A DNA stretch of 64,000 nucleotides from Pirellulales bacterium (GTDB taxonomy: Bacteria; Planctomycetota; Planctomycetia; Pirellulales; JAICIG01), in contig CAWAYY010000021.1 of NCBI GenBank assembly GCA_963786255.1, positions 3,840 to 67,839 of the forward strand, written 5' to 3'. The notes under the pieces were generated by a model. It ran no database searches. It was given only the letters and a program-made list of their open reading frames with translations, and was not told the DNA's origin. The position numbers and the translations under genes are program-made. Positions within the stretch are counted from its first letter, which is position 1, and every line of letters starts with the position of its first letter. Shown one piece after another: positions 1 through 11,317 of this stretch.

Positions 1-333
1 CGGCAACGTCAAGCAACAGACGGTGACGGCGTCGAGCACCGTTTCCGCGGAACGAAACGTCTGCGAGAGCCAAAGCCGGATCGCCATATCGAGACCCAGC
101 CGAACGGCCAATGCGACCAGCAGCCACAGCCCCGGCTCAATGGGCCAGACTGCGCCTCGCAGCACTCGGGCCAGCCACACGCACAAGCCGGTCCATGCGG
201 CGCCGTAGCCGATGGCGCCTGCCGCCGCCAGCATCAGGCCCCAGCCGCCCGGCTCCGAGACGCTGAGCTTACGAACCGCCGCCATGAACACGCCGCTCCA
301 AGCGACGCAAAGCAGTAGATGTACGACGCTCAT
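1..333 (-). CDS. hypothetical polytopic membrane protein, N-terminal part (gene continues past left edge)
   Basis: Absent from the ORF track because no stop lies inside the window. The reverse complement from ATG (333..331) reads MSVVHLLLCVAWSGVFMAAVRKLSVSEPGGWGLMLAAAGAIGYGAAWTGLCVWLARVLRGAVWPIEPGLWLLVALAVRLGLDMAIRLWLSQ... and stays open to base 1. It has helix-length hydrophobic stretches and G/C-rich third codon positions. No family recognised. Confidence 0.35.
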   Translation of the reverse strand, partial: MSVVHLLLCVAWSGVFMAAVRKLSVSEPGGWGLMLAAAGAIGYGAAWTGLCVWLARVLRGAVWPIEPGLWLLVALAVRLGLDMAIRLWLSQTFRSAETVLDAVTVCCLTLP

Positions 334-505
334 TCGCGGCGGCGCCGACTGGAGCGCGGCGGCCGGATATCGCCGTGCCGCCCGTTCGAGAATCAAAGGC
401 GGCGCTTCGGCGGTTTCCGGCTCTTGCGGCGGCTCGCTTTCCATGGATCGCTCCCAAGCGGCGTTCTGGCCGAGCATCGCCAGCGCAGGAAACGCCGAAT
501 GCGAT

Positions 506-532
506 CGCCCGCGTGGATCGTTCACGCGGGCG
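506..532 (-). terminator. GC-rich stem-loop downstream of the DUF2254 gene (candidate terminator of the atp/DUF2254 transcription unit)
   Basis: Perfect 10-bp inverted repeat CGCCCGCGTG (506-515) / CACGCGGGCG (523-532) with a 7-nt loop, about 55 nt past the stop at 585. There is no clear U-tract, so intrinsic-terminator status is uncertain. Confidence 0.3.
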
Positions 533-584
533 TCGCCGCGGGAGCCCGGTGAATGAGCCTTTTATCGGTACCGCGCCGGCGGCG

Positions 585-1918
585 CTAACGCTTGTTTTCC
601 AGGAGTTGATTGATCGCCTGGTAGCGCTCGGCCGCGTCTTGTCGATCGGCCTCGTCGGGCAAGCCTCGGTTGGCGGCCTCAAACACGAGTTGCGAATGGC
701 GTTCCAGGGCGCGAAGATCGTGCTGACGATGCGCACGGTCGGCGATGACGGTCAACGTTTCCAGCAGCCGGATCATGACGGCAGCGCTGGAACGGCCGTA
801 CTGGCGGATTTGATTGAATGCGGCGTCGGCGACCGCTCCGAACGCCGCCGGGTAAAGTATGACTCGTAAATGATCAGACTCGTCATAACAAATGGGAGAA
901 GGGGTCGCGCGCTGTGCGAGCCTGCAAAGGGCTTCTCCCAGCCGGTCGACGCAGGCAATGGCCGTGAAAGGATCGTTGACGCCGGGCGAGAGTGCGCGAA
1001 CGGCGACCTCGACGAGCTGGTCGACGGCGAACTCGACGTCCTGAAAAGGCGTTCGCTGAGATTCAATCAGAAACGCTCCGCGGATTGCCTCTGCGACGGA
1101 CTCATCGAGCGGCCGTGAAGACAAGACGCGGGCCAGCGCCTCGCCGGAAACGACGAATTGCCCCGGGCGGTGCAAGGCGCGGACCAGCAGATCATGTTCG
1201 GCGGCGACGGCCAGCAGGCCGGCGCCGTCGATGGCGGCCAGATAGCCGCAGGCCTCCGCTTCAATTGGGAGGCGCGTTCCTCGAAGTCCGCCGGGCAGCA
1301 GGCTTTGTTCGTCGGGTTCAGCTTCGGCTTCGCCGCCGCTGGCCGCCGCAGGCCACAGCCGGTCGATCGCTTCGTGTAACTCCTGGCTGACGGAAAGAAT
1401 CACGTGGTCCGCCTGAATCGACACCGCAACATGATGGATGAAGTAAATCAGCACGCCCAAGCTGACCAGCGCCAACGGCAATGCCCACCGCCACGCCGAT
1501 ACCCGGAACGAATTGCACCCCGTCGCGTTCGCGCACGGTCCTCAGCACCAGCAGGCAGTAAGTGAAGGTGGCAACGAAGGCGCCGAGCACGACCTGATTG
1601 CTGCGATCGCGGATGAAATTTCGCAGCAAGCGCGGACCGAATTGAGCGGACGCCAGCGACAACGCGACAATGGTGATCGAAAATACCGTGACCGCCACGG
1701 TTATCATGGAACCGGCGACCGTCGCCAGCACGCGCAACGCCCTCGGGACCGCCCGTATAGATCCACCAGGGCGAGTTGCGATCGATCCTCGCCAGGGCAA
1801 GCCGATCGAGTTCGACTGTGGCGGGCGCCAAGGCCGTCGAAAGTGCGACCATCAGCCCCGGCACGAACCAATAGCTCGTGCGGAGTGATTCCCAGTAAAC
1901 ATAAAACCTGGTTAACAT
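585..1918 (-). CDS. DUF2254-family membrane protein, interrupted by two frame breaks
   Basis: ORFs 1448..1918, 1318..1800 and 585..1481 read as one protein: MLTRFYVYWESLRTSYWFVPGLMVALSTALA... | ...LATVAGSMITVAVTVFSITIVALSLASAQFGPRLLRNFIRDRSNQVVLGAFVATFTYCLLVL... | ...LALVSLGVLIYFIHHVAVSIQADHVI...GVNDPFTAIACVDRLGEAL. An N-terminal TM bundle plus soluble C-domain is the pattern I know as DUF2254 (PF10011). Frame changes lie near 1740 and 1480. Confidence 0.7.
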
Positions 1919-1962
1919 GCAGTCCTCAACGTCACGCTGTTTTCGATGCCGATTTCATTTGG

Positions 1963-1988
1963 GCGGCCGCAACGATCCGTGCGGCCGC
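1963..1988 (-). terminator. intercistronic stem-loop between atpG and the DUF2254 gene
   Basis: 9-bp inverted repeat GCGGCCGCA (1963-1971) / TGCGGCCGC (1980-1988) with an 8-nt loop, starting 4 nt after the atpG stop (1992). No U-tract follows. It could be a terminator/attenuator or an mRNA-stabilising hairpin. Confidence 0.3.
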
Positions 1989-1991
1989 GAT

Positions 1992-2892
1992 CTACCATGC
2001 CCGGTCCTTCTCCTCGCTGAGCGTCTCGAAGCCGGCCACGATGTCGAGCAGCTCCTCGGTGATCGATTGCTGACGCTGCTGCCGGTAACGGGCGGTGAGT
2101 GCGGCCAGGTGGTCCTGAATGTTCTTCTCCGCGGCTTGCATTGAGGCCAGGCGGCTGGCGTTTTCACTTGCCAGAGATTCGGCGAACGCTCGGTAGAGAA
2201 CGACGAACAATCGCTGGCGAATCAGAGCCGAGAAAAGCGGACGCCAGTCCATGGTAAACGTCGGCAAAGAGACGCGACGGCCAACGTTTGGCGCCCAGTT
2301 CGCGGAGCCAGCCGGGATCGACCGGCAACAGCAGCAGCCGTTGAGGCCGCGAGCCCGCCCCGACAAGCGGCCGGTGGTGAAACAGGAAAAGGCGATCAAT
2401 GTCCTGCTCGACTCGCAATTCTTCCACCTTCAAGAGCAGCTCATGTACGATCGGCGTAATGCCTGCGACCGAAGCGGGGACCGGATAGCAGCTCGCGTCG
2501 GCGAAGCCTGCGTCTTCCAAACGCCCGGCCACTCGCGCGCCGACCGCCAGCACGGCGCCCTCTGCCGGTTTACCGGGAAGGAATTGCATCTGCTCCAAGG
2601 CAAAGCTCGCAACCTGGTCATTGAACGAACCGCACATGCCCTGGTCGGAGCCGAATACGACGGCGCCCCAGCGTCCGCTGAGTTGGGGCTCGGCGGCGGC
2701 GAATTCCTCCGGTTGGTTCCGCAAGACGATTTGCAGGCCCATCTCGATCGTGCGATTGTATTCGCTCAGCGAGGCGACGGCCTTTTCGTATTGCCGGATG
2801 CTCACGGCGGCCAGCGCCTTCATCACACGGACCACGGAATGCAGGTCCTCCGCGCTTTCGATCCGCCGGCGCATCAATTCAAGCGTCTGCAT
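1992..2892 (-). CDS. atpG: N-type F-ATPase gamma subunit, one frame break
   Basis: ORF 2164..2892 (MQTLELMRRRIESAEDLHSVVRVMKALAAVSIRQYEKAV..., gamma N-terminal helix) continues after a break near 2276 (...KRWP|RVSLPTFTMDWRPLFSALIRQRLFVVLYRAFAESLASENASRLASMQAAEKNIQDHL...) into ORF 1992..2399, the conserved gamma C-terminal helix. It is the last gene of the atpDCQRBEFAG order. Confidence 0.85.
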
Positions 2893-2899
2893 GCTCGTC

Positions 2900-4461
2900 T
2901 CATTCTTGGCTGTCGGCCACGGCTTGCTGCAGCACGCTGCGCAGCGATGCGTCGTCTTCGTCGCTCAAGTCGGCCCCGGCCTCCATCCGCCGAGCAAGCT
3001 CCGGCAACTCGGCGAGCAGCGCCTGGCGAATCGACCGTTCGGCATCGACCAATTGTTCGACGGCGACTGTATCCAGCAAGCCCTCGCCGGCCGCGAACAG
3101 CACTGCGATCTGCTGGGCGACCGGCAGCGGTTCATACTGAGGTTGTTTTAAGTACTTCGCGCACGCGGCGGCCGCGTTCCAGCGTTTTTCGCGTTTGCTC
3201 GTCCAGCCGGGTTCCGAATCGGGCGAACGCTTCCAGTTCCTCGAACTGCGCAGTAGGAAAGCCGCAGTTGCCCGGCCACCGCGCGGTAGCAGCGCAATTG
3301 GGCCTTGCCGCCGACTCGCGACACCGAGCGTCCGACGTCCACCGCGGGCAGGATGCCTTTGCGGAACAAGTCGGGCGAAAGGTAGATTTGACCGTCGGTG
3401 ATGGAGATCAGATTGGTCGGGATATAGGCGGAGAGGTTCTGGGCCTGCGTCTCGATGATCGGCAACGCCGTCAGCGAGCCGCCGCCGTATTTGTCTCGCA
3501 AGTGCGTTGCCCGCTCCAACAGCCGCGAATGAATATAAAAAATATCTCCGGGATACGCTTCACGGCCGGGAGGACGGCGCAGCAGCAGCGACAGCTCGCG
3601 GTAGGCTCGCGCGTGTCGAGTCAGGTCGTCGTAGACGATCAGCACGTCCTCCCCGCGATCCAAGAAGAATTCGGCCATCGCGGTCGCGGCGTACGGCGCC
3701 ACAAACTGGATTCCCGGCGGGGCATCGCCCGGGGCGACCACCACGACGCAGTAACGCAAGGCGTCGCGCCGCCGCAAGGTCGCGATCAACTTAGCCACGG
3801 CCGAACTGCGTTGTCCGATGGCGCAGTAGACGCAGACGGCTCCCGTGTCTTGCTGATTCAAAATCGTGTCGAGCGCGATGGCCGTCTTGCCCGTCTGGCG
3901 GTCTCCCAGGATCAGCTCGCGTTGGCCGCGGCCGATCGGCAGCAACGCGTCAATCGCCTTAATGCCGGTTTGCAAAGGCTCGGTCACGGGCGCGCGGTGC
4001 ATGATGGGCGGGGCCGATCGTTCCACCGGCCGCCGCTGCGTCGCGCGCAACGGGCCACGGTCGTCGAGCGGCTGGCCCATAGCGTCCACGACGCGGCCGA
4101 GTAATTCGTTTCCCACGGGCACGTCCAGAATGCGTTTCGTGCGGTGCGCCAGGCTGCCGGCCTTCAGATCCTGGCTGGGCCCCAACAGCACCACTCCGAT
4201 CTCTTTTGGCTCCAAGTTGAACGCCAAACCGAGCAGGCCGCCGGGAAACCGGATCAGTTCCTCCGCCTGAACGCCCGGCAAGCCGCGGACCCGCGCCACG
4301 CACTGGCCGAGTGCGGCTACCCGGCCGATCTCCCTGGCCGTGAACGCGGCTTGATGGCCGTGCAGGACGTCATCCAGCAGGCCCAGCGTCCCGTCAAGGG
4401 CGGCTCGGAGCGGTCCGCCGGCTCCGCTTGATGCCTGAGGCGTCCGGATGTGTCTTGCCAT
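2900..4461 (-). CDS. atpA: N-type F-ATPase alpha subunit, one frame break
   Basis: ORF 3148..4461 has the P-loop GDRQTGKT and [21 protein letters not shown]. One extra base near 3252 (...VAGQLRLSY|[57 protein letters not shown]...) joins it to ORF 2900..3103. Start ATG 4461 overlaps atpF by 68 nt, so the start is somewhat uncertain. Confidence 0.9.
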
Positions 4462-5227
4462 GTTCTATCGCCTTGTCTTCCAGGGCCTGAAAGAAATCGC
4501 TTTCCAGGGCTTCGAGGTAAGATTCCAGGTTCCAAGCCAGGCGGTGGGAATGGGCGTACAACTCGATTCCGCAGCCGAGCGCCGGTTCGACCTCGAAACG
4601 CACGACCACGCCGTCTTCCAATTGCTCGCGAAGGTTCTGCGTGATTCGCTCTCGCATTTCTGGAGCAACAGGAAAGGCGCTGCGGAATTCCGCCTCGCGG
4701 TCGGACGTTCTGATCGCTTCCGCCATGAGTTCTCGCTCCGACGGTTCCAGATTTCGGATGCGCTCCAGAAAAGTTGCGATCATCATCTGCTGCAACTCGG
4801 CGCTGGCTAAGTCTTTCAGCGCTCGGCGGACGATTTCGAAGACCCGCTGTCCCGCTTGTTCGCTCAAGTCCTGCAGGAATTGCGCCTTTTCCTGTTGCAA
4901 GCTCTCGAACCAGTGAACTCTCACTTGTTCGACTTCCTGCCGCGCCTCTTCGACGAGCTGTTGCCGTCGGGCTTCAGCGTTTTCCCGGGCGCGCTCCAGA
5001 ACTTCCTCTCGCTGGGCGTCGAGTTCTTCCTTGCGCTTGCGGTAGCGTTGCGCCTCCTGCTCGGCCTCCTCTTGCTGCCGCGCAGCTTCTTCCAACCGCG
5101 AAACGATCCTCGCCTCGCGGTCGTTCATGGCCTGGATGATCCGGCCATATAAAAAATGCTTGAGTAGCCAGACCAGGACCAGGAAATTAACGACTTGGGC
5201 GGTCAGCGTGAACCAATCAATCTGCAC
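4394..5227 (-). CDS. atpF: N-type F-ATPase b subunit (long form)
   Basis: 277 aa. A single N-terminal TM ([23 protein letters not shown]) is followed by a long charged coiled coil ([30 protein letters not shown]...). It is longer than canonical b, as expected in N-ATPase operons that lack a delta gene. Confidence 0.75.
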   Translation of the reverse strand: MQIDWFTLTAQVVNFLVLVWLLKHFLYGRIIQAMNDREARIVSRLEEAARQQEEAEQEAQRYRKRKEELDAQREEVLERARENAEARRQQLVEEARQEVEQVRVHWFESLQQEKAQFLQDLSEQAGQRVFEIVRRALKDLASAELQQMMIATFLERIRNLEPSERELMAEAIRTSDREAEFRSAFPVAPEMRERITQNLREQLEDGVVVRFEVEPALGCGIELYAHSHRLAWNLESYLEALESDFFQALEDKAIEHGKTHPDASGIKRSRRTAPSRP

Positions 5228-5230
5228 GGA

Positions 5231-5509
5231 TCATCCCCCCGACACGTTCACGACGTGCTCCCAGAAGGGGTTGGCGAAGATCAAGATCATCGACACGACG
5301 AAGCAATAGATGGCCGTCGATTCGATCATGGCCACGCCGACAAACAGCGTTCGCGTGATCGTGCCGGCGGCGTCGGGTTGCTGGGCCAGCGAACTCATGG
5401 CCCGCGACACGGCCCAGCCTTCGCCGATGGCCACGCCGACCGAACCGATGGCGATCGTCGTGCCGGCGATGATGATCGAGACCATGCCGATCAAGCCCAC
5501 GTTATCCAT
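5231..5509 (-). CDS. atpE: N-type F-ATPase c subunit (proteolipid)
   Basis: 92-aa helical hairpin: ...GVAIGEGWAVSRAMSSLAQQPDAAG...FVGVAMIESTAIYCFVV.... It carries the polar loop and the E-S-T-x-x-Y ion-site motif of Na+-type c subunits. Confidence 0.9.
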   Translation of the reverse strand: MDNVGLIGMVSIIIAGTTIAIGSVGVAIGEGWAVSRAMSSLAQQPDAAGTITRTLFVGVAMIESTAIYCFVVSMILIFANPFWEHVVNVSGG

Positions 5510-6227
5510 GGGATATTTCTCCTTTCAGGTTGTCTGGCTCAGGCTGCTCCGGTTGCCGGGGCTCGCGAAACCGCGAGGCGGCCGCAATGTAGACCAGGGC
5601 CAGGATGGCGAAAATATAGGCCTGGATCAGACCGGTCAGCAGACCCAGGACGTGCATGACAATGGGAAAGAAAAACGGGGCGACCGCCAAGAGCATGGCG
5701 GCGATCATCGTGCCGCTCATCACGTTGCCGAACAACCGCACCGCCAAGGCCAAGGTCCGCGATAGTTCGCCGATGACGTTGAACGGCAGCATGAATACGC
5801 TGGGCCGAACGTAGTTGCTCAGATATCCTGCCAGGCCGCGCTTTGCGACGCCAAACGCCGGCACCGCCACGAACACGCACAAAGCCAGCGCCGCGGTCGT
5901 CGAGAGCGAGCCGGTAGGCGGTTGGAAGCCGGGCACGACGGCCAGAACATTGCTGACGGCAATGAACAGGAACAACGTGCCAATGAAGGGGAGATAGCGG
6001 CTAGGCTCTTGCTGCGTGACGGATTCGATCTGGTCCTGGATGCTGCTCACCAGGACTTCCAGCAGGTTTTGACCTCGCGATAAGGCGGTTCCCCTCGACA
6101 GCCGTCGCGTTACCAGCCAGGAGACCAGCGTCATCAACGCCATCACGGCCCACGTGAACGCGATGGTGGCGTTCAGATGTATGGGCCCTGCCTGCCAGTA
6201 CACGATGGCGTCGGGAGTGAGCTGCAC
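5502..6227 (-). CDS. atpB: N-type F-ATPase a subunit
   Basis: GTG at 6227, 2 nt after the atpR stop: MQLTPDAIVYWQAGPIHLNATIAFTW.... It contains the stator-arginine context LALAVRLFGNVMSG. The ORF-track start at 6527 is upstream read-through overlapping atpR. Confidence 0.85.
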   Translation of the reverse strand: MQLTPDAIVYWQAGPIHLNATIAFTWAVMALMTLVSWLVTRRLSRGTALSRGQNLLEVLVSSIQDQIESVTQQEPSRYLPFIGTLFLFIAVSNVLAVVPGFQPPTGSLSTTAALALCVFVAVPAFGVAKRGLAGYLSNYVRPSVFMLPFNVIGELSRTLALAVRLFGNVMSGTMIAAMLLAVAPFFFPIVMHVLGLLTGLIQAYIFAILALVYIAAASRFREPRQPEQPEPDNLKGEISHG

Positions 6228-6229
6228 GG

Positions 6230-6559
6230 CTATCGTTCTCCCTGGAAGGGCGGCGATGGCGGAGCGTTTTCCAGACGCAGCCCGGCGACCACGGCGTACC
6301 GCACGAGGATAAATCCGACCAGACAGGCCAGCATTCGCTCCCAGTGACCGGCCATGACCAGGTAGAAGCCCAATAGCGTAAGGGCCGTGCGTCCTACCAG
6401 GCTGCCGACGGTCAGCGCCACGGGGCTGCGAACCGTGGGCAACCAACGCACGGTCAGCCACAATCCGCCGAAGTAGAACAGTCCGAGCCCAAGACCGGCG
6501 GCCCCAGCCAGGAGCAGGGGCGTCCATTCACTGTTCATGGTTATTCCGTTCTGTTTCAT
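6230..6559 (-). CDS. atpR: N-ATPase accessory membrane subunit AtpR
   Basis: About 110 aa with three hydrophobic helices (...LLLAGAAGLGLGLFYFGGLWLTVRWLPTVRSPVALTVGSLVGRTALTLLGFYLVMAG...). It sits between atpQ and atpB, exactly as in N-ATPase operons. The start is ATG 6559 or ATG 6538. Confidence 0.65.
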   Translation of the reverse strand: MKQNGITMNSEWTPLLLAGAAGLGLGLFYFGGLWLTVRWLPTVRSPVALTVGSLVGRTALTLLGFYLVMAGHWERMLACLVGFILVRYAVVAGLRLENAPPSPPFQGER

Positions 6560-6866
6560 GGTCCATCGCCGCTTGCTCCTGACTGACCCAGTACCAGGCA
6601 TTGGAGGCCCCCAGAGCGGCGCCCGCTAGGAGCAGGGCCAGCGTCCAGGAGAAGCGGCCGGGCCAGGTCATGTCGATCCAGACGCCCAGGGCCACGCCCA
6701 ACAGCGTCGGAATGGCCACCGCCCAGCCGACCAGGCCAAACATTCCCAAGCCAAACCAGAGCGTACGGTCCTGCTCGCGACGAGCGCGGATTCTCGCGCC
6801 TCGCGGCTGCCCACCTCGCGGTCGAACTCGGGCTGATGTTCCCCGGGCCGTTTGTCGTTTGCCGCT

Positions 6867-6874
<8 letters not shown>
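6528..6874 (-). CDS. atpQ: N-ATPase accessory membrane subunit AtpQ (putative F0F1-ATPase subunit family), one frame break
   Basis: ATG 6874 overlaps the atpC stop: MPEAANDKRPGEHQPEFDREVGSREA|RIRARREQDRTLWFGLGMFGLVGWAVAIPTLLGVALGVWIDMTWPGRFSWTLALLLAGAALGASNAWYWV.... It has two TM helices. A break near 6795 joins ORFs 6668..6910 and 6528..6749. Confidence 0.6.
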
Positions 6875-8656
<1,782 letters not shown>

Positions 8657-8926
8657 TCAGCGTGGCGATGGGCGTTGAGTATGGCGATGGGCGGCTGGAG
8701 CGCACGGGGCGCCCGAGCTTGCTCGCGACGAGCGGAGCCGTCGTCCCCCCGCGTTTAGCGGTCAGACTCGCTCATGGCATGGGAGGGCAAATCCGATACC
8801 ACTTGGCAGAGAAGCAGCGCAGGGGCCCCTCGCAGAGGCCCATCAAGACTAACACACGGCAAGCACGACGTGCGATTCCGCGCGTGTGCGGCGTTGCGCC
8901 AGATGCGAGGGTGACGCCCTGATAGC

Positions 8927-8963
8927 GGAATCGGTGACGATTCCGGGCCCTGCCGCGCAGGGC
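8927..8963 (-). terminator. two adjacent stem-loops downstream of the 9033 exoprotein gene
   Basis: CGGAATCG-GTGA-CGATTCCG (8927-8946) is immediately followed by GCCCTGC-CGC-GCAGGGC (8947-8963), 70-105 nt past the stop at 9033 and upstream of atpD. There is no U-tract, so support is weak. Confidence 0.25.
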
Positions 8964-9032
8964 AACGGAACGCTCTCGCTGTTCGGTCGCGTCGGAGCGA
9001 AGAGCAGGCGACGCCAACCGTGAGCGGCGGCG

Positions 9033-10322
9033 TCAGACGCGACCCAGGTACTCTGCCGAGCCGATGATCTGCGCGGCCACCACATCCGGCTGCTGGCCGG
9101 ACTTTAGCAGATCGAGGAAGTGCTGCAGCGAGGCGGAATCGGCGTCGCGGCCCAGATACGCCTGGTAGAAGCCGTGAACGACCTCGTCCGCATAGGCGTT
9201 GGTGGAATGCGGCTGCGTGAAATTCAACAGTTGCGTCATATATTCATCGCTGCCGAAGACGCTGGCCGCCGCCTGGGCGCGGACCGAAGCGTCTGCCAGG
9301 TTCTTTGCCGCCCAAGCCGCCGACGTCGCCGCGTCGGGGGAGCGATAGAGCAGGTCGTTATAGACTGCGTTCAAGAAGCCGCTGGCCGTGCCGCCGCCGC
9401 GGTTCTGGTAATACTCCGAAGAACTGATCAAGCTTTCGGCGATCTGGTCGACCGCATCGGCGCCGCTCGTATAGCTGCCGATCAGCATGTTGCTGAAGTA
9501 AGTCAGCGATGCGGCGTCGGCGGCGCGGTGCAACAGCAGGCGGTACAGGCCTTGAATCGTGTTGTTGCGGTATTCCTGAGAGTGCTCGATGTTGAGCGCC
9601 TCCTCAGTGCGGGAGCCTCCGCTGTTGATGCGGTTGGTCCAGTACTCGACGCCCTGTATCTCGCCCCGACGCGACAATACGTCGTGATAGACCTGGGCCA
9701 CGAAACGCTCGGTTTCGCTGCCGACGGTCGCTTGCGAGCTCGCCGTCGCCGCGGCGCCGGCCGCCGGCTTCACGGTGATTGTCACGTTCCAGGTTTTCGG
9801 TTCGCTGTATACGTGACTTCCCGCGACCGTGAACTTCGAGCCGGACAAGGTAATTGTGCCCGTGGACGAAGTTCCGTCGCCCCAATCGATGGTCGCCGTA
9901 TAGTCGGTGGTCGGCAGATTCGTGGCGGTATCGGTAAACGTGGCAACGGTCGCGCTGGAAACGGTTACGCCGGTCGATACGTTCACGGGCGAGCCGGTGA
10001 CGGAGACCGTGGAGCTGATGGGCGTCGCGGTGCTGCTGGCGGTGGCGTTGGCCGTGCCATCGGTGTCTTTAATGACGACCTTGACCGCTTCGGCGCCCGG
10101 CTGCGTGTAGGTGTGCGTGCCGGTCACGGTGAACGTGCCGCTGGCGCCTGTCACCGTGCCCGTGGAAGACGTACCGTCGCCCCAATCGATAGTCGCCGTG
10201 AAGTTTCCGGCGGTGGAGACGGTGTAAGTGTCGGTAAACTTGGCGACCGTACCCGTGAACGAGACGCCGCGGGTGGGCGAGAACGTGACCCCCGTAGCGG
10301 TCAGCACGTCGGCGTCGGCCAT
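9033..10322 (-). CDS. PKD/DUF4214 exoprotein, segment 4 of 4 (last PKD-like repeats plus C-terminal DUF4214 modules)
   Basis: The frame is actually open up to about 10662, where one extra C (GTCGACGAC-C-GGCGGC) separates it from segment 3. It contains ...FTATIDWGDGTSSTGTVTGASGTFTVTGTHTY..., then FVAQVYHDVLSRRGEIQGVEYWTNRINSGGSR..., LYRLLLHRAADAASLTYFSNML... and FYQAYLGRDADSASLQHFLDLLKSGQ (DUF4214 pattern). Confidence 0.85.
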   Translation of the reverse strand: MADADVLTATGVTFSPTRGVSFTGTVAKFTDTYTVSTAGNFTATIDWGDGTSSTGTVTGASGTFTVTGTHTYTQPGAEAVKVVIKDTDGTANATASSTATPISSTVSVTGSPVNVSTGVTVSSATVATFTDTATNLPTTDYTATIDWGDGTSSTGTITLSGSKFTVAGSHVYSEPKTWNVTITVKPAAGAAATASSQATVGSETERFVAQVYHDVLSRRGEIQGVEYWTNRINSGGSRTEEALNIEHSQEYRNNTIQGLYRLLLHRAADAASLTYFSNMLIGSYTSGADAVDQIAESLISSSEYYQNRGGGTASGFLNAVYNDLLYRSPDAATSAAWAAKNLADASVRAQAAASVFGSDEYMTQLLNFTQPHSTNAYADEVVHGFYQAYLGRDADSASLQHFLDLLKSGQQPDVVAAQIIGSAEYLGRV

Positions 10323-10617
10323 CGTCGCCGTACCGGTCGCCGAAATGGTCGCCGGCGAATTGACTTCCTTGATGGTGACGACCGGGTGGAACGGGCCCTC
10401 ATCGCCATAGACGTGCGTTCCCGTTACGCTGAACGTGCCGTTGGAGCCCGAGACGACGCCCGTCGTGCTGGTCGTGCCGTCGCCCCAATCGATCGTCGCC
10501 GTGTAATGAGTGCTGGCTTGGGTGCTGCCGGTATCGGTGAACGTGGCGACCGTGCCGTTGAACGTCGAGCCTTCGGTCCCCGTGATGCTTGCCGCCGTGA
10601 CGGCGAAGCCCGAGTCT

Positions 10618-11178
10618 TCATTTACGGTGGCCGTACCGGTGGCTTGTGCGTTCGTGCCGCCGGTCGTCGACCAGCGTGACCTTCATCGTATAGTAGCCGT
10701 CATCGGCATACAGGTGGTTGCCGCTGACGGTGAGCGTGCCGTTCGTGCCGGTGACGCTGCCGCTCAAGGTCGTGCCGTCGCCCCAGTCGATGATGGCCGA
10801 AAAGCCGCTGCCCGTTGCCAGCGTGTTCTGGTCAATGAAGGTGGCCACGGCGCCGCTGAAGGTCGTGCCTTCCGTGGTGTTCAGCGTCGCGACGGTAGTC
10901 GTGGGGAAGAAATCTCCTTCATGAATGGTCGCCGCCGCCGTCGCCGAGATGGTGTTGCCGGTCGACGAATTCTCGGCGAGGGTCACGGTGAGCGTCATCG
11001 CTCCCTCGTCCAGGTAGGCATGGCTGCCGCGGATGGTGAACGTTCCCTGGCCGCCGGTGATTACGCCGGTGGAACTCGTGCCGTCGCCCCAGTCGATCGT
11101 GGCGGTGAAATCGCTGCTGAGCGAATTCGGATTGGCGTCGGTGAACGTGGCGATTTCTAGGCTGGTGAACGAGCCCAC
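10618..11178 (-). CDS. PKD/DUF4214 exoprotein, segment 3 of 4 (PKD-like repeats)
   Basis: FTATIDWGDGTSSTGVITGGQGTFTIRGSHAY and FSAIIDWGDGTTLSGSVTGTNGTLTVSGNHLY. The same frame extends upstream to the break near 11590. The tail RRHERTSHRYGHRK is out of frame. Confidence 0.8.
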   Translation of the reverse strand: MGSFTSLEIATFTDANPNSLSSDFTATIDWGDGTSSTGVITGGQGTFTIRGSHAYLDEGAMTLTVTLAENSSTGNTISATAAATIHEGDFFPTTTVATLNTTEGTTFSGAVATFIDQNTLATGSGFSAIIDWGDGTTLSGSVTGTNGTLTVSGNHLYADDGYYTMKVTLVDDRRHERTSHRYGHRK

Positions 11179-11317
11179 CGAACCTTCCGTGGCGCCGAGC
11201 GGCGGAACGCTGAGAGCGAGAGGAGCGTCGGCGATATTGGCCGCGCTGGCAACGGTCAGCGCGGGCGAAGTGCCGGTGGCCGTTTCGAACAGCGTGACCG
11301 TGACGGAGTAATTGCCG

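Noticed and set aside
269-736. ORF 269..736 (-) and plus-strand ORFs 212..556 and 375..869 in the gap between the left-edge membrane gene and the DUF2254 gene.
   Set aside because: The translations are Arg/Ala-rich with no domain. They overlap the real DUF2254 C-terminus or the membrane-protein start. The region is better explained as an intergenic spacer with a terminator hairpin.
4394-4461. The 68-nt overlap between atpF and atpA, considered as a sign of another hidden frameshift.
   Set aside because: Both reading frames give plausible sequence through the overlap, and I found no alternative start for alpha. I cannot distinguish a real overlap from an indel near the atpF 3' end, so it is left as annotated.
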